Part shown: piece by piece, positions 1 through 14,015 of the stretch
Layout: the number at the start of each line of letters is the position of its first letter
Numbering within the stretch: the stretch's first letter is position 1
Made by a program: the position numbers and the translations under genes
Notes under the pieces: model-generated
The model's database searches: none
What the model saw: the letters and a program-made list of their open reading frames with translations, nothing else
What the model was told of the DNA's origin: nothing
DNA from: Anolis carolinensis
Lineage: Eukaryota
DNA length: 64,000 bases
Direction of reading: 5' to 3'
Assembly: GCF_035594765.1 (NCBI RefSeq)
Contig: NC_085842.1
Coordinates: 23,040,782 to 23,104,781 of the forward strand

Positions 1-272
1 GATAAAAAGGCAAAGATTTAATGCCATAAGTACATCATACTATATCAAAAAAGAGAAATAATATTTAAAAGCTTATTACAGTAAAACTATCAGATTAAAA
101 TGTAGAAATATATTTAAAGAATAACAATTAAACAAAACATGATTGCACAAAGTGTATCCCAGATTAATTAAAATAACCAAACTGCAGCAGGTATCAAGTG
201 TTAGTTGTGATTCAACGTAGACCATAGGAGCTTAAAAGTGCAGGTTGTGTTAATCCTCCTCCTCTCCATACA

Positions 273-1345
273 CTAAGGTACATAGATAAGTTTTGAATAG
301 TTTTTGAAGGAAAGGAAGGGGGGGGGCATTTTTAATTCTTTAGGGAGGAAGTTCCAGAGGTGGGGAGTGATTACAAAGAAGGCCCCCTCTCTCATCCCCA
401 ACAGCCACGCTTGTGTCAGGGATGGGTCCGAGAGCAGGGCCTTCTCCTTTGAATGAAGTGCACAATATGGTCTATATAGGGAGATATGGTTAGACAAACA
501 GGCTGAATTGTTTAGGGCTTTATAGGTAGCGGCTAGCGCTTTGTATTTAGCTCAGAAACGGACTGACAGCCAGTGGAGCTGCCACAACATGGGAATGATT
601 CTCTCCCTGTACGAAGCCCCAGTTAGTAACAGGTTGCCGATCTTTGAACTAGCTGTAGTTTCCAAACTATCTTAAAGGCAACCCCACGTAGAGCATTGCA
701 GAAGTCCAGATGTGGACCAAGGTGTGGACTATCAAGTCAGACATCTCAAGGTAAGGGTGCAGCCAGAGCAAAAGTTTTAACTCTGCAAAGGCCCTCCTGG
801 CCACGGCCGACATCTGAGATTCCAGGGTCAGCAATGAGTCCAGGATCACCTCCAAGCTGTGAACCTGCTTGGAGGCTGGTAGACTCTGTCTTATGGTAGA
901 CTAGGCACTGATACCCTGATCTGCTTTCTAACTGATCAGGAGTACCTCTGTCTTGTTTGGATATAGTTTCAGCTTGTCAGCTCTCATCCAGCCCATTACT
1001 GATGACAGCCACCGGTTTAGGACCAGGACGGCATCCTTGGCTTTGGGTGGAAAGGAGTAATAAAGTTGGAAGTCATCGACAAAATTTGACACAGAAGTCC
1101 AAAACTCTGGATGGTCTCTCCCAGCAGTTTCATGTAAATGTTAAACAGCATGGGGGACAGAATAGAACCCACAGGCCACAAGCCAGGGGGTCGAACAGGA
1201 GTCTCCCAGCACTACATCTGGGTCCGATCCTCCAGGAAGGACTGGCGCCACTGCAGTACAGTGCCCCCTAATCCCATCCCAGAGAGTGGGTATCGAAAGC
1301 CACTGAGAGATCCATGAGAACCAACAGGGACATACTCCCCCTGTC
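273..1345 (-). mobile_element. L2 LINE, degraded RT/3' portion
   Basis: Minus-strand remnants such as SLLVLMDLSVAFDT and AP.LWN.LP, typical of L2 ORF2; many deletions. Confidence 0.7.
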
Positions 1346-1460
1346 TAGCTTTCTTCATATTTGACCTGCTGATCCCAAAAACAGCACCAGTTTCTCTCTA
1401 TCAGCTCTAGTTTTTTTTAGATACAGAACATATGCCATCTACAAATTGCCATCTGCTCAC

Positions 1461-1559
1461 CCACAGAAAACCACAATAGCCATATCCAAGAAACGAGCTG
1501 AGGCCATCTATTCAAGGTAATTTTCTGAATCGATACCACAAATAAGCCCAGGAACAGGC
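1461..1559 (-). CDS. Probable internal exon (99 nt) of an unidentified minus-strand gene; hydrophobic, signal-peptide-like frame
   Basis: Minus strand: ttctggtttttag|GCCTG...TGTGG|gtgagc. Non-repetitive sequence. The phase1-phase1 frame is open (LFLGLFVVSIQKITLNRWPQLVSWIWLLWFSV). Confidence 0.45.
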
Positions 1560-2614
1560 CTAAAAACCAGAACACCAAGGATAAAAAACTTTTTTCTTGG
1601 GCTGTGTAATTATACACAAAAAGTGACAAGAACAGAAACACTATTTATGCTCGTTGCAAGTGACAATGTAGTAAAATGCCAATGTTGTAAGTCCAAGTTC
1701 TGGATAAAATTTCTGCAGTGAAAGCTGACTCTGGTAGACTCTGTCTTATGGTAGACTAGACACTATCTTGGAATTGTTGGGTTTTTTTTGTTTCTGCAGG
1801 ACTATTCAGAGGTTTTGCTCTCTCTTGAATGGAAGTGTATCTCCTATCCAAGTATTATCCAGGCCTGACCTTGTTTTACTTACAAGGTCATTCGGTGGGT
1901 TAATAAACTATTAAAATACAAATGAAAACCATCAGCTCAAGATAGGTGACAACAGCAGACATACTGAGCAGCAAATAATAAAATCATATTCATTTAAAAA
2001 ATAGGAGACTGTTAATATTCACAAAATAAATATTAGAATGTTTTAAAACTGTTAAGATTTTTAAAAAACAAGCCTGTAAAAATAAAAAGGATACAAGAAG
2101 AGGCCTGCTTATCATATCTGCAACCTATCTAGTAGTGTAGGACATGAATTTTTGGTCTACAGTTTACATTTTCCAGATCTTGTCCAACAGTTCTTGCACT
2201 TTGTAAAACAATTACACTACATAAACTGAAATATTTTCTGTTCCTGGTTTGAAAGTGTTATTCCCTGTTTAATTGTACGGTACTTTGAAAGAAATTGTTA
2301 TACTCCAGAAACCTTGTTTTTGTGGCTGCCACAAACTAGGTTAAATTGGTTGAGACTTGATACAGGTTGAAAAACTATAGAAAAAGGTGGTGCAGGATGT
2401 TCCGCAAAAACAAGGTATTTTAAGTTTAATAAACTTTTCCCATGTTTCTATGATAGAACCAATTAGAAAATGACATTTATAACTCAGGAAAAAAATCATG
2501 TTACATATCGTTATTGTTGGAAAAGCAATCACATACATGTTACTTGGTATAAATACTTGTTTCAACAGGAAATATGAAAATCCAGAATTACAGAATTAGT
2601 AAATCTATTCGCAA

Positions 2615-3920
2615 TTTGGTGTCAAATTTGTAGATGACACCAAATTGGGAGGGATAGCTAATACCCCAGAAGACAGGATCAGAATCCAAAATGACCTTAA
2701 CTTATGAGAGAGCTGGATCCAAACTAACAAAGTGAATTTCAACAGGGTGAAATGTTCAACAGCTAGGAATATAAGGTGCTAGACATAGGCCTAAAAGAAA
2801 AAGAAAAAAAGAAACGTAGAGATAAAGACACCAAGTCTGAAAACAGTCCTTGTGAAAAGGAACAAGGAGTTTTAGGCTGGATCTACACTGCCATATAATC
2901 CACTTTCTGAATTCAAATTATCTGCTTTGAACTGGATCCTATGAGTCTACACTTCCATACAATCTACTTTATTTATTGTATCAGAAGCGAACCGAGGGAA
3001 CAGTAGTAATGTATTTAAAAACACAAAGTCAAAAACTTAGCATTAAACTAAATGTCCTTTGACCAGTAGCTGGCCACTGGTGTTGCCTCTGGTGTTGCTA
3101 TAAGAAAGTCCTCCATTGTGCATGCGGCAGAGTTCAGGCTGCATTGTAATAGGTGGTCTGTGGTTTACTCTTCTCCACACTTGCATGTTGTGGACTCCAC
3201 AATATAATTTAGTTGAAAGCAGATAATCTGTGTTCAGAAACTGGATTATATGGCAGTGTAGATGGGACCTTAGCTAACCACAAGCTGAACATGAGTCAAC
3301 AGTGTGATGCAGCAGCTTAAAAAGCTACTGTGATTTCAGGCTGCATCAATGAGAGTACAGTGTTGAGAAGATCAAGGAAAGTCATAGTCCCATTGTATTC
3401 TGCTTTGGTCAGGCCTCACCTGGAATAATACTGTGTCCAGTTCTGGGCTTTGCAATTCCAGATTATCATTAACAAACTGGAATGGGTCCAAAGACGGGCA
3501 ACCAAAATGGTCAAAGGTCTGGATGCCAAGCCTTAAGAGGAGCAGCTTAGGTAGGTGTGTTTAACCTGGAGAAGAGAAGGTTGAGAAGGGACATGATGGA
3601 CATGTTTCAATATTTGAAAAGATATCAAAATGATTAGTTTGTTTTCTGCTAGTCTACAGATTAAATCATGGAACAATGGATTCAAATGACAGAAGTGATT
3701 CCATCTAAATTTTAGAAAGAACTTTGTGATGGCAAGACCATTTCAATAGTGGACTATGCTCCTGCTTGGGAGCAGAGCAGTGTTTCTTCCTCTGGAGGTT
3801 TTAAAACTCTGACTGGATGGCCATCTGTCAAGAGTGCTTTGATTATGTGTTCCTGCTTGGCAGAAAGGGGTTGCACTAGGTAACCTTGGTGGTCTTTTCC
3901 ATTGCTATCATTCTATTATT
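2615..3920 (+). mobile_element. CR1 LINE 3' fragment with a nested hAT-type MITE (~2877-3270) and Vingi-like 3' piece (~2971-3200, minus)
   Basis: KF(V)DDTKLGG RT motif, CVQFW motif and CR1-type 3' end. Nested (tctacactgccatataatcc) inverted-repeat MITE. Confidence 0.7.
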
Positions 3921-4289
3921 CATAACTTGCTGTGGGGTCCCTTTCTCCTCCTCACATTGTCTCATTTTCTCCCACCTAAATAATACTAGTAAACCAAGTA
4001 AACTATTTCTTCCCCCAATTCCTTTCAAAGAGACCTTGTTTAACCTCTGACAACATATACTGGGAATGAAGAGGGGGGCTGGTTAAAAGAGCAAAACCTA
4101 TGGACTGAAATTTCCTTGTTCCAAAGTCTGGCTTAAGCAACTTTACTATCACTCTTTTACCTTCCAACTTTCTAAATGGTGAACAAAACTACTGACTTTT
4201 CTATGAGGATGTTAAGAATGTAAGAAACTTATTATAGGGTATGTATTTTCTTATCTGGAAAACTGACATAGCCCAAAATCACTAAGATC

Positions 4290-4680
4290 ATCTGGAGAGG
4301 CCCTGCTCTCGGTGGTGGCTCCCCGGCTGGGGAACACCCTCCCTGGAGATATCTGACAGGCTCCTACCCTGCTGGGATTCAGAAGGGCCGTGAAAACATG
4401 GTTATGTGCCCAAGCTTTTGATGAGTAAATGACAAAGTTGACATGGCCTGATTTAATGATGAAGCATGAGGATCTCGGACAAATGGAATTAATTATATAT
4501 ATGTTTTTAAGGTTTTTATAATGTGTTTTAACAATGTTATTAATTGATCTGTTTATATTGTTTTTTTATGATTACATTTTGGGCATTACATTTTACCAAT
4601 TTTTGTAAGCCACCCTGAGTCCCCTCGCGTGAGAAGGGCGGGGTATAAATGTTGTAAATAAAAAATAATAAATAAATAAA
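4290..4680 (+). mobile_element. L2 3' end (similar tails at ~12545-12815, ~43368-43780, ~53800-54045)
   Basis: tgtaagccaccctgagtcccc...gggcggggtataaat...(aaat)n tail. Confidence 0.65.
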
Positions 4681-5322
4681 GTGTCTACATAGATTGCTAA
4701 GATAGTGATACATCAGCTTTCTGGCAATTCAATGTACACAAACTATGTTTCATTTAAATTATTACAATATTGCATGTAAAATTACCTTTAGGCTATGCAA
4801 TTAAACTATATTGAAGCAGGAATAGATTTCATGTTCAGACTTGGGTCTCATCCCCAAGATGTCTTATGATATCAATGCAAATATTCAAAAATGAAGAAAA
4901 AATCTAAAATACTTGTAGTGTGCATTCATTTCAGACAAGGGGTACTCAACCTGTACTGATACACAGTTATGTGCACAAACTCAGCTTCCAATAATAATAG
5001 TGATGCATGGCAGCAAAACAAAAACGAATAGTGTTTCTTTGCAGAAAGGAAATTGTATGTGCCTAACCCACACACCATGTTCAATTCCAAGCTGACTGTG
5101 GGCACACACAACCCAGATTTTTCAGAAAATTACAGGGTAAAAGGTCAAGGTCAAATGAATTGAATTAAATTTGAGCATGTTATGCCAGCACTGGAAACAA
5201 GTGTGGTTTTACTTCATTATTCTTCTGCCTGTGTAGACAAGTCCTGAGATAACTTGATTGTGTTATTTCTGCTTCACATTTTGTTAGCGTCCACTGGCTG
5301 TTCTCTGAAACATTGGTCTCAC

Positions 5323-5355
5323 CTGGTATGCCTCCGGGCTGGTCATACTTCATTC
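5323..5355 (-). CDS. Probable 33-nt exon with an ATG of the same minus-strand gene
   Basis: Minus strand: gttgctctgttttag|GAATGAAGTATGACCAGCCCGGAGGCATACCAG|gtgaga. Reads MKYDQPGGIP, ends in phase 1 and joins 1559-1461 in frame. Confidence 0.4.
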
Positions 5356-5867
5356 CTAAAACAGAGCAACAGACAGGCAACCGAAAGGGAAGGCAACGTA
5401 CTTCCTTCCTGGGAAAGAATTATAGTGAGAACATCTTGTTAATATAAAGCACACATGTCAAAACCCAAGGCTCATGGGCCGAATCCAGCCTGCCACATCA
5501 TTTAATGTGACATGCAATGCTTTCAATGCCAGGGCAACATAATTATATTTACAGTCTTACAATTACAAATGGCTCTTTGAAGGCTCATGTCGCCATCAGT
5601 GAAAATGAGTTTGACCACCCTGGAAGAAAGGATTTGGAAATAAAGTCCTATGTGGAGCTGATAATTGTTTAACCAGGAAATGAGAAGATTGAGAGGTGAT
5701 ATGACAATCATGTTTAAAAATCTGAAAAGCTGTCAGTGGATGATGGGGGCAACCTGTCTTTTTTACTCCAGAGAATAGGATTCAAGCCAAGTGATTACAA
5801 TTTCAACAAAGGAGATTCAAAACAAACATCAGAAAGAGCTTTCTAATAGTTAAGTACTATTAGACAC

Positions 5868-6185
5868 TGGAGAGCTCCGGTGGCGGAGTGTGTAAAAGCA
5901 CTGAGCTGGAGACCGAAAGGTCCCAGGTTCAAGCCCCGGGAGCGGCATGAGCGGCCGCTGTTAGCTCCAGCCAACCTAGCAGTTCGAAAACATGCAAATG
6001 TGAGTAGTTCAATAGGTACCGCTCCGGCGGGAAGGTAACGGTGCTCCATGCAGTCATGCCGGCCACATGACCTTGGAGGTGTCTACGGACAATGGCAGCT
6101 CTTCGGCTTAGTAATGGAAATGAGCACCAGCCCCCAGAGTCAGACATGACTGGACTTGACGTCAGGGGAAAACCTTTACCTTTAC
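5868..6185 (+). mobile_element. Sauria SINE inserted in a CR1 fragment
   Basis: tRNA-like head, conserved core (aacctagcagttcgaaaacatgcaaatgtgag) and (acctt)n tail; TSD tactattagacac on both sides. Confidence 0.85.
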
Positions 6186-6500
6186 TATTAGACACAGGAA
6201 TGGAGTATCTCAAACTCTATTTGGGGTGCTTTAGCGGTAGACTGGTTGACCCTTGGAGAGTCTTCCAACTTTATGGGTCTATGATTCTGATGCCTTCTTT
6301 GCCCCATACTAAATACTAACATTGATCAATTGTGGTGGTGTAATTTGAGTGTTGGACTATATTAGAAAGTAGTGTTTGAATGTCCAGTTGGTCATGGAAA
6401 CCCACTGGGTGACCTTGGGCAAGTCCCAGTCGCTCAGCCTCAAAAGCAAATTCCCAATGAACAAATATTACCAAGAAACCCGTGATAGTTTTGTCCTAGA

Positions 6501-6628
6501 CAGGCATCCTCAAGGCCAAGCTCTTTGGGCCTCCAACTCCCAGAATTCTTGACCACTGAACAAGTTGGCTAGGGCTTCTGGAAGCTGGCGGCCCAAACAA
6601 CTGAGGGGGCACAGTTTGAGGATGTCTG
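6501..6628. mobile_element. Short hAT-type MITE
   Basis: Terminal inverted repeats CAGGCATCCTCAA / TTGAGGATGTCTG and an internal hairpin. Confidence 0.6.
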
Positions 6629-7145
6629 TCAGGAAGCTGCAGCCATTTCTTGGAAGAGTACTCAAATTGTTTGTGGTCAACAATAGCAATAGTCCAAACA
6701 GAGTTCAAGGCACAAAGGATTGTCCAAATGTTCGTTTTGAAAGTTAATAACATAAAGTCCAAGTTCCAAAGTACAAGGGTTACTGGCTGAAACATTCCAT
6801 ACACGAAGATTGCTTCCAGCCATGAGCTGTTGCAAATGCCAAGCTTTTATGCTACCTTTGCAAAAGTCCTACAACTGGGCAGTTTTCTTCTGGGCCAACC
6901 TCTTTGACCTGTGCAGCTGAATTGAGTCCACTCTGGGTTGTAACCAGGCAGGGAGTGTTAAATCCTGCTCTTCCTGCTGAAGAACCTCATTTTGCTCACA
7001 CTCCGCTGATTCTGAAGGGTCTGGCTCCTGCTCAGCCATAGCTCTCTCAGAAATATCAGGCTGCTCATTCACCATGGGCTCAGACTCTGCTGTTGGGAAG
7101 CAACCATCCTCCACATCATCCTTGTCTTGCCCCATGGTCCTGACA
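6627..7145 (-). mobile_element. Solo-LTR-like element A (519 bp) with an acidic ORF ending HRSKRLA
   Basis: Perfect 8-bp terminal inverted repeat TGTCAGGA...TCCTGACA; ORF 7144-6869; no TSD visible. Confidence 0.65.
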
Positions 7146-7440
7146 CCATCTTAGGATCACCATAAGAGAGAAATGACTTGAAGAGATACAACAACAGCAA
7201 TATACAGTAACTGTAATCAGACTGCTTGGCTTTTTTTTATACTAAATTTGTAGTGAGGAGACTTTTCTTTGACTTAAATGATCATGGAATCATAGAAATG
7301 GAAGAAACCCCAAGGGCTATCCAGTCTAACCCCATTCTGTCAGCCTGAAACACACCGTCAGAGCACTCCCAACAGATAGCCATCCAGCCTCTGATTGAAA
7401 AATCTCCAGAGAAGCAGACTCTATCACATTTCCAGGTAGT

Positions 7441-7660
7441 TACCCACATCCTTGGGCAAGAACGCAAGGATACCACAGCTGTTGCAGACGACTGCATGAA
7501 CTCTCTCATGATCCATTTTAGAAGTCTTCAATAGGGAAAGGAACAGAACTACGGGCCTGACTCTCAAACTCTAACCCTTCCAAAAAAATTTTTATTTGCC
7601 TCACTTGTTGGCTAAGCAATCATGCAACAAGCTATAAGAACTGGTGCTGTCCCTATAAAG
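7441..7660 (-). mobile_element. CR1 5' UTR and ORF1 start fragment
   Basis: Minus-strand MDHERVHAVVCNSCGILAFLPKDVGNY resembles the CxxC zinc-finger start of CR1 ORF1. Confidence 0.5.
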
Positions 7661-10600
7661 AGCAGTGGTTCCCAACCAAGAAAACAAAATAAAAATTGAA
7701 TGAAATAACAAAAAGGAGAATAAAAATAAGAAAACTAGAAATTACATTATGAATGAAAATTTCCCAAGTAGAATTTCACGCCTCCTGTAGCAAAGGATGC
7801 TTGCTCATTCTGCTGCCACTAACTCCAAAATGATTGTAACATCAGACAGACAGACGTCTAGGCTCTTCTTGCACACAAATAAATGTATTCTCAAAAGGGC
7901 TCCGCGAATCAAGGGGTTGGGAACGCGGCAGCTACCCCCCCCCAAACCAAAAGACTTAGTGGGAGTTAGCTCTTTCCCCAACTAAGCCTTTGACCTACTT
8001 CTTTTGACCTACTTCCTCCATGCAGATGCCCCTCCCTCCTGCGATAAGTTGCTGAGGCTGATGACCGAAAGCTATTCGCACCAGAACAATAAAACCTTAA
8101 GGAGTAAGCAAGCAAGCCTCTTCTCAACTCACACACACTAAGGGCCTGCTTTCAATATACAATACAGCCTTAACACAACCAAATTCTCCACATTACAAAG
8201 AAAAGCATCCATCCTTGTATATAGCAAAAGATGTGTGTGTGAAAGTTGACTGAGGAAGAATCAGATGCTTCTAAAAGAAGCTTTCGAATTAGCTAAGTGG
8301 TTTGAACAGGGAAAAGGAACAAGAATTTTTTTTAAAGGAAACCATTGAAAATTGGCGTATTTTTATTTGGGTTGCCAAATGGACAAAAAACAGAGATAGC
8401 CCTAGTTAGAACTTGGATGGGAGGCTGTCAAGCAATTCCCAGGTGCTGTAGTCTCTATTTCAAAGGCCACCATTAACTGACTTAAGCTTGAAGGCAACCC
8501 TTTCAATGTGTTTATTCAATCAGCTTCCCCTCTCTCTTACACTCACACATATATACATATAGATCATTCAGTCATTTTTGTTCCCCATGGGACAAAGGTT
8601 TCTAAGCAAAACTTTATCCCTCAGTCCAATTGCTAGACCCAAGCAGGATTGACTCAGGATACATCTACATAGACACTATATTGCAGCTAAGCCAGCTCAA
8701 GGTTGGGTTAACCACAAAATGTACACACACCCCCACCCCAAAATGCATTAAGCCAGAAACAGCAGGTTGGAAAAAAACCTCACCAGAAAGTCTGGGATAA
8801 GCCACAAAATCCGCTGCAGCTGATCGGATTATATCCCATGCAAAGATAAAAAAAACGCAGCGCTGTTGTCAGGGCTGACGCACTTTAAAAACCCCAAACA
8901 ATCTGGTCAGAAGATAAACAATTACCCCTCCCCCCCACCCAGAGGGGAAAACCACATCAATCCCATGGGGACGCTTCCTTTTTGGTCCTTTGTTCTCATG
9001 TCCTATACCCTGAAACGGTCTACAGCTGATCCTACAGCTGATCCGCAGTTGGTGGATATTGTGGCCACCATCTCAGCCTCAAATAGCTTCTTGGGATGTT
9101 TGTGTGGGTGCCACACAGCCAAACCAGGTCATTTAAATCAGCAGCTCGCAACATATGGTCCAGGAAGGATTAAATTATGAACTATTATTATAGTGTTCAT
9201 AATATTACATGCAGTCCCCAAATTACAAACAAGATGTCTGTGCTCCTCTTCAGAAGATTTCACTGCACTTTCCGTCCCTGTGAAAACTGGATTTTGAAAA
9301 ATGTGGTTTGTTGTGGGAACAAGGACTCGTAATAAAACTTGGGTGGAGACACCTTTTCTCCATTATAACTCTTCCAGGAGTGATTTTCCCTTCCTAGGGG
9401 TAGATTTCCTCTCATTTCCTGTTGTCTCGCCACCATTCTTAACTATGAATCATATGTAAGTCAGATGTTTATTTGGGTATTGCCTATATTTTACATTTTG
9501 ATGGAATATGTTTAATCAAAATATTATAATAGGAGTGTGTACTAACTTCTATCCCATTCTCTCTAAATTTGAAGGACTTCCATGAGAAAATTGAAATAAT
9601 TATTTGATGTAATCTAGTGCTTAAAATCTTGAGATAAGTCTTGGAGGTTTGCAGCCAAAAGAGGTATTTAAAAGAAGGTTCATGGTGAAGTAAAAGTTGG
9701 GAACCACTGATTTAAATCAATCTACAGCTGCATTATAGTGTCAGTGCAGAAGCAGCCTCACTGAAAAAATACAAACCCGATAATTCCGAGATGAATGCCT
9801 TCATAGCCTAAAGGCACCAGATCCCTTCTGATTTGGAGGCCAAGCCCTGGCTAGTACTTGTATGTGAAATTGCAAACAAATCCCAGGCCTGCCTGTAGTT
9901 TGTATTTCAGAGATAGGAACTGGCAGACCTACAACTAAATATTCATTGCCTAAGGCTGCATCTACACTGTAGGATGAATGCAGTCTGACACCATTTTAAC
10001 TGCCAGATCTCAAGGCAATGGAATCCTGAGATGTGCAGTTTGTTGAGGCACCAGCAGACAAAGTGTAAAACCTTGAATCTGTAGCATTGAGACACAACAG
10101 TTAAAGAAATGCCAGACTGCATTAATTCTGCAGTGTGTTTGTACCTTCAGTCCAACACTCAAACCATTGCACTACTCTGGTCCTTTCCCTTAGTCCCCTA
10201 CTACACTGTCATATAAAATTCAGATTATCTGCTTTGAACCGGATTATATGGCAGTGTAGAAAGGCCTTAAGTCAATCCAGAGCTGCAAAAATATTTACAC
10301 TCATGAATATCTGAAGCTACTTTTCTTATGCAAGAAAACACCTGAATGAAAAAGAAAATTCACTAGAATCATTATTAAAGTTTAGAAAAAATGTTTTCAT
10401 AACAATTACTAGTAATCTGAGATTGAAGATAATTATTTGTTTAGTATTTATTTATATTTATCATTATTTATATCTTGTTTTCTCTTAAAAGAGACTCAAA
10501 TGGCTAACAATGTTAAAATGTACAATTTAAAACCCAAAAACATATAAAAAGTGAGAACATTACTTTCGTTTTTGCAGAAGGCATTGAAACAGAATGAAAA

Positions 10601-11139
10601 TCACACACTTTATTGATTTAACAATCTCCAAAAGGCAGAATTTGGACACACAATTATTACTTTGAAAATACCTTGGCAAAATGCAAATCTTTAAAATACT
10701 TAACCTATTTGGTGTGGAAATGGCCACCTAACCCCCAATGAGATAAAGGGGGAAAATACTGATGGGATATGGAGTCCAATTCCCCTTGGAAACAAAGGGA
10801 GTACAACTGTATGACTAACGCAGTTTGATACCACTTTAATTCCCATAGCTCATTGCTATGGAATCTTTGGAGTTGCTGTTTTACAAGGTCTTTATTCAAA
10901 ATAACTCTAAGTTCCCCCTCCAACTCTCCCATGAGAAAAGCCATTCCCTCAGGAAACTCATCAATCTGCCAAAGCAAAGATAAGCATTACTAACGAATGA
11001 GATATCTCAGTACAAAGCTCAACTTGAGCGACTGATATCAGTGGGTGGAAAGCATAACAACACCCATCACACACACACAGCAAATTACCAAACCAAGACA
11101 AAATAGTAATAGTGTGCATACAATAAAGTAATCCTGTAT

Positions 11140-11690
11140 CCCACATTGTGCAAATGCCCCTTCACTGTATCCCAAAGCATTTACTTTATTCCCAGCTCAA
11201 GAATGGAAAAACGGAATGTCGGTGGACAACAAAAGATTTAAAGATGGCCTTAAAGCTAATCTTAAGAAATGTGGAATAAACTCAGACACTGCAGGCCCTT
11301 CTACACAGTCATCTAATCCAGAATATCAAGGCAGAAAATTCCACAATACCTGCTTTGAATATATCCCCACTGCCATATATTCCAGTTCAAAGCAGATAAT
11401 GTGGGATTTTATTCAGCTGTGTGCAAGGGGCCAGGAAGCCCTGGCCCTGAGCATTGGAACTGGAGGTCAGCTGTTATCAACAGTGATGTGGACTTCAAAG
11501 AAGCACAAATAGAGGGTGAAAGGGAGGAAACATGCCAAGAGGAAGGCGTGTCAGGCAAACCCTTGTCATGACTGCAACCTTCCACAATGTCCTCCTTGTG
11601 AAAGAATTCTGCGGATCCAGAATAGATCTCCAGTCATTTACAGACCCACCGCCAAGACTCTACTTTTGGAAGATTCATACCCATTGCCTA
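11140..11690 (+). mobile_element. Old RTE-clade LINE 3' fragment with a nested MITE, followed by a minus-strand CR1 3' fragment (~11740-12240)
   Basis: Similar to 33000-33450 (KRFKDGLKANLKKCGI); CR1 3' motifs on the minus strand. Confidence 0.6.
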
Positions 11691-12387
11691 GGATGAGTGT
11701 ATCCCAAAGAAACATGGCAGGCTTTAAGCTTAACATCCTAGAATCATAGAGAGACTGACCACAAAGGGCATTCAATCTAACCATGCAGGAACAGTCAAAA
11801 GCACTCCTGACAGAAGGTCATCCAGGCTCTGTTTTAAAAACCTCTAGAGAAGGAGATTCCACCAGACTCCCAGGCAACATCACATTCCCATGCTCAACAG
11901 CTCTTACTGTCAGGATGTTTTTAGTAATGTTTGGGAGGAATCTATTTTCCTACAATCTGAATCCATTGTTCCATGTCCTAGTCCCAGAGCAACAGAAAAC
12001 AAGCTTGCCCCCTCATCAATATGAGATTCTTTCAAATATTGAAACATGGCTATCTTGTCCCCACTCTGCCGCCTTTTCTCCAAGCTCAACAGACCCAAAC
12101 CCTAAAGAAACCATCACTTCAGACCTTTCGCTGTTTTGATTGCCCTTGTCTAGACCGTTTCCAACTTTTTCATATCTTTGCTGAAATTTATGGGCCATAA
12201 CTGGATGCAACATTATTCGAGGTTTAGTCTGACCAAAACAGAGCAATTTGAAGGCCCACTCATGTTTTGATGTAGGCAACTGCCTTCTTAAAGGCACCAG
12301 ATATAGACTGATATTGGATGCTAAGTAGGGTCTGCTCTGGTTGGTCCTTGGGTGGGAGATCTACATGAAATACTTAAAAATTCATAT

Positions 12388-14015
12388 GGGCAGTCCCTCA
12401 GTTACAAACATCCAATTTACAAATGATTCATAGTTAAGAACGGGGGCGAGACAACAAGAAGTGGAAGAAACCTATTCCTCAGAAGGGAAAGTCACTCCTG
12501 GAATGGGGAAAAGTTGCTGCCAATGCAGCTTTATCACCAATTACCTTTTTGAAAACATTTTAAACTTTTATCTTGTTTTGTTTAGATTCCTGCTTGTTTC
12601 CTTAAGTCTTAGTTGTGAAACTGTACATTTATTATATTTACCATTTAATTTTTGATAATGTGATATTATTTTTGATGTGGATTTGTTTTTGGAACATGGG
12701 GGTTATTTTTGTTTTTGTTCATCTTCTTACGGCATTGAATGTTTGCCGATATCTATTGTAAACCACCCTGAGTCCCCTCGGGGAGATAGGATGGGGTATA
12801 AATAATTATTATTATCATCCTTGTTTCCACAACAAGCCAATTTTTTCAAAATCCAAATATTGCAGGGATAGAAGCAAGATATAATCTTCTAAACAGGGGC
12901 ACAGACAGCAACCTTCCGTTTCTTACCCAAAGCTTATATACCCAAAGCTTGTTTATGTATATTATGTGTGTGTGTGTGTGTATGGCTGGAGTTACTCCTA
13001 AAAATGTACTTGTTCCGACTTACAAATTCAGCTCTTCTTGAACACCTCCAGAGAAGGAGACTCTACCAATGTAAAGGTAAAGGCTTTCCCCTGCCATTAA
13101 GTTTTGTTGTGTCAGACTCTGGGAACTTATACAAAAATACAATATTTGGTTGGAGTTAATAATATTGCAGTATAGTGGTATAGTGCAATATAGTAAAATA
13201 TAATACTAATACTTTGCTATACTAATATAATGTAAAAATAATATTGATAATATTATATTATATTACAATAGATAAAGGTAAAGGGATTGGTGCTCATCTC
13301 CATTTCTAAGCCAAAGATCCAGCATTGTTCGTAGACACCTCCAAGGTCATGTGGCCGGCATGACTGAATGGAACGCTATTACCTTCCTGCTGGAGCGGTA
13401 CCTATTGATCTACTAACATTTCCATGTTTTTGAACTGCTAGGTTGGTAGAAGCTGGGGATAACAGTCGGAGCTCACCCCTCTACCCAGATACAAACTGCT
13501 GACCTTTCAGTTCAAGTTCAGCAGCTCAGCTGTTTAATCTGCTGCGCCACCACGGGCTTAAATATATTACAATATAATACTAATAATAATACAATATATA
13601 ATACTGGGACATGAGAGAAACCTCCCACAGGATGGTAAAAACCATCAAAACACCCAGGCGTCCCCTGGCCAGCGTCCTTGCAGACAGCCAATTCTCTCAC
13701 ACCAGAAGCGACTTGGAGTTTCTCAAGTCGCTCGTGACACAAAATAATAACATTAATAATATTGTAATATAGTAATAATAAAATATTAAATATAGTTACT
13801 ACTGATAATATATATTACTATATGATATACTGTATTATTATTACTATTATTATTATATTTGTATACTTTAAGTTGTACTGTTTTTGATTGTGATCCGCTT
13901 TGAGTCTTTGTACGGAGAGATAAAGGATATAAATAAATAAATATACTTTTAAAAGTACCTGTTCTGACTTACATACAAATTCAATTGAAGAACAAACCTA
14001 CAGCTCCTATCTTGT
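12388..14015. mobile_element. Nested cluster: pogo/Tigger-like MITE containing an L2 tail, a split Sauria SINE (13070-13555, minus), AT-rich simple repeats and a Vingi-like 3' piece
   Basis: gcagtccc..agttacaaac terminus (also at ~9210-9487), Sauria SINE core on the minus strand, (taa/ata)n tracts. Confidence 0.5.

Noticed and set aside
7786-8140. Possible additional solo LTR (TG start, AATAAA, CA end)
   Set aside because: I could not identify a TSD or terminal inverted repeat, and there is no acidic ORF; boundaries are unsupported.
10920-11060. Possible intronic C/D snoRNA (TGATGA on the minus strand)
   Set aside because: No convincing terminal stem or recognisable guide sequence.
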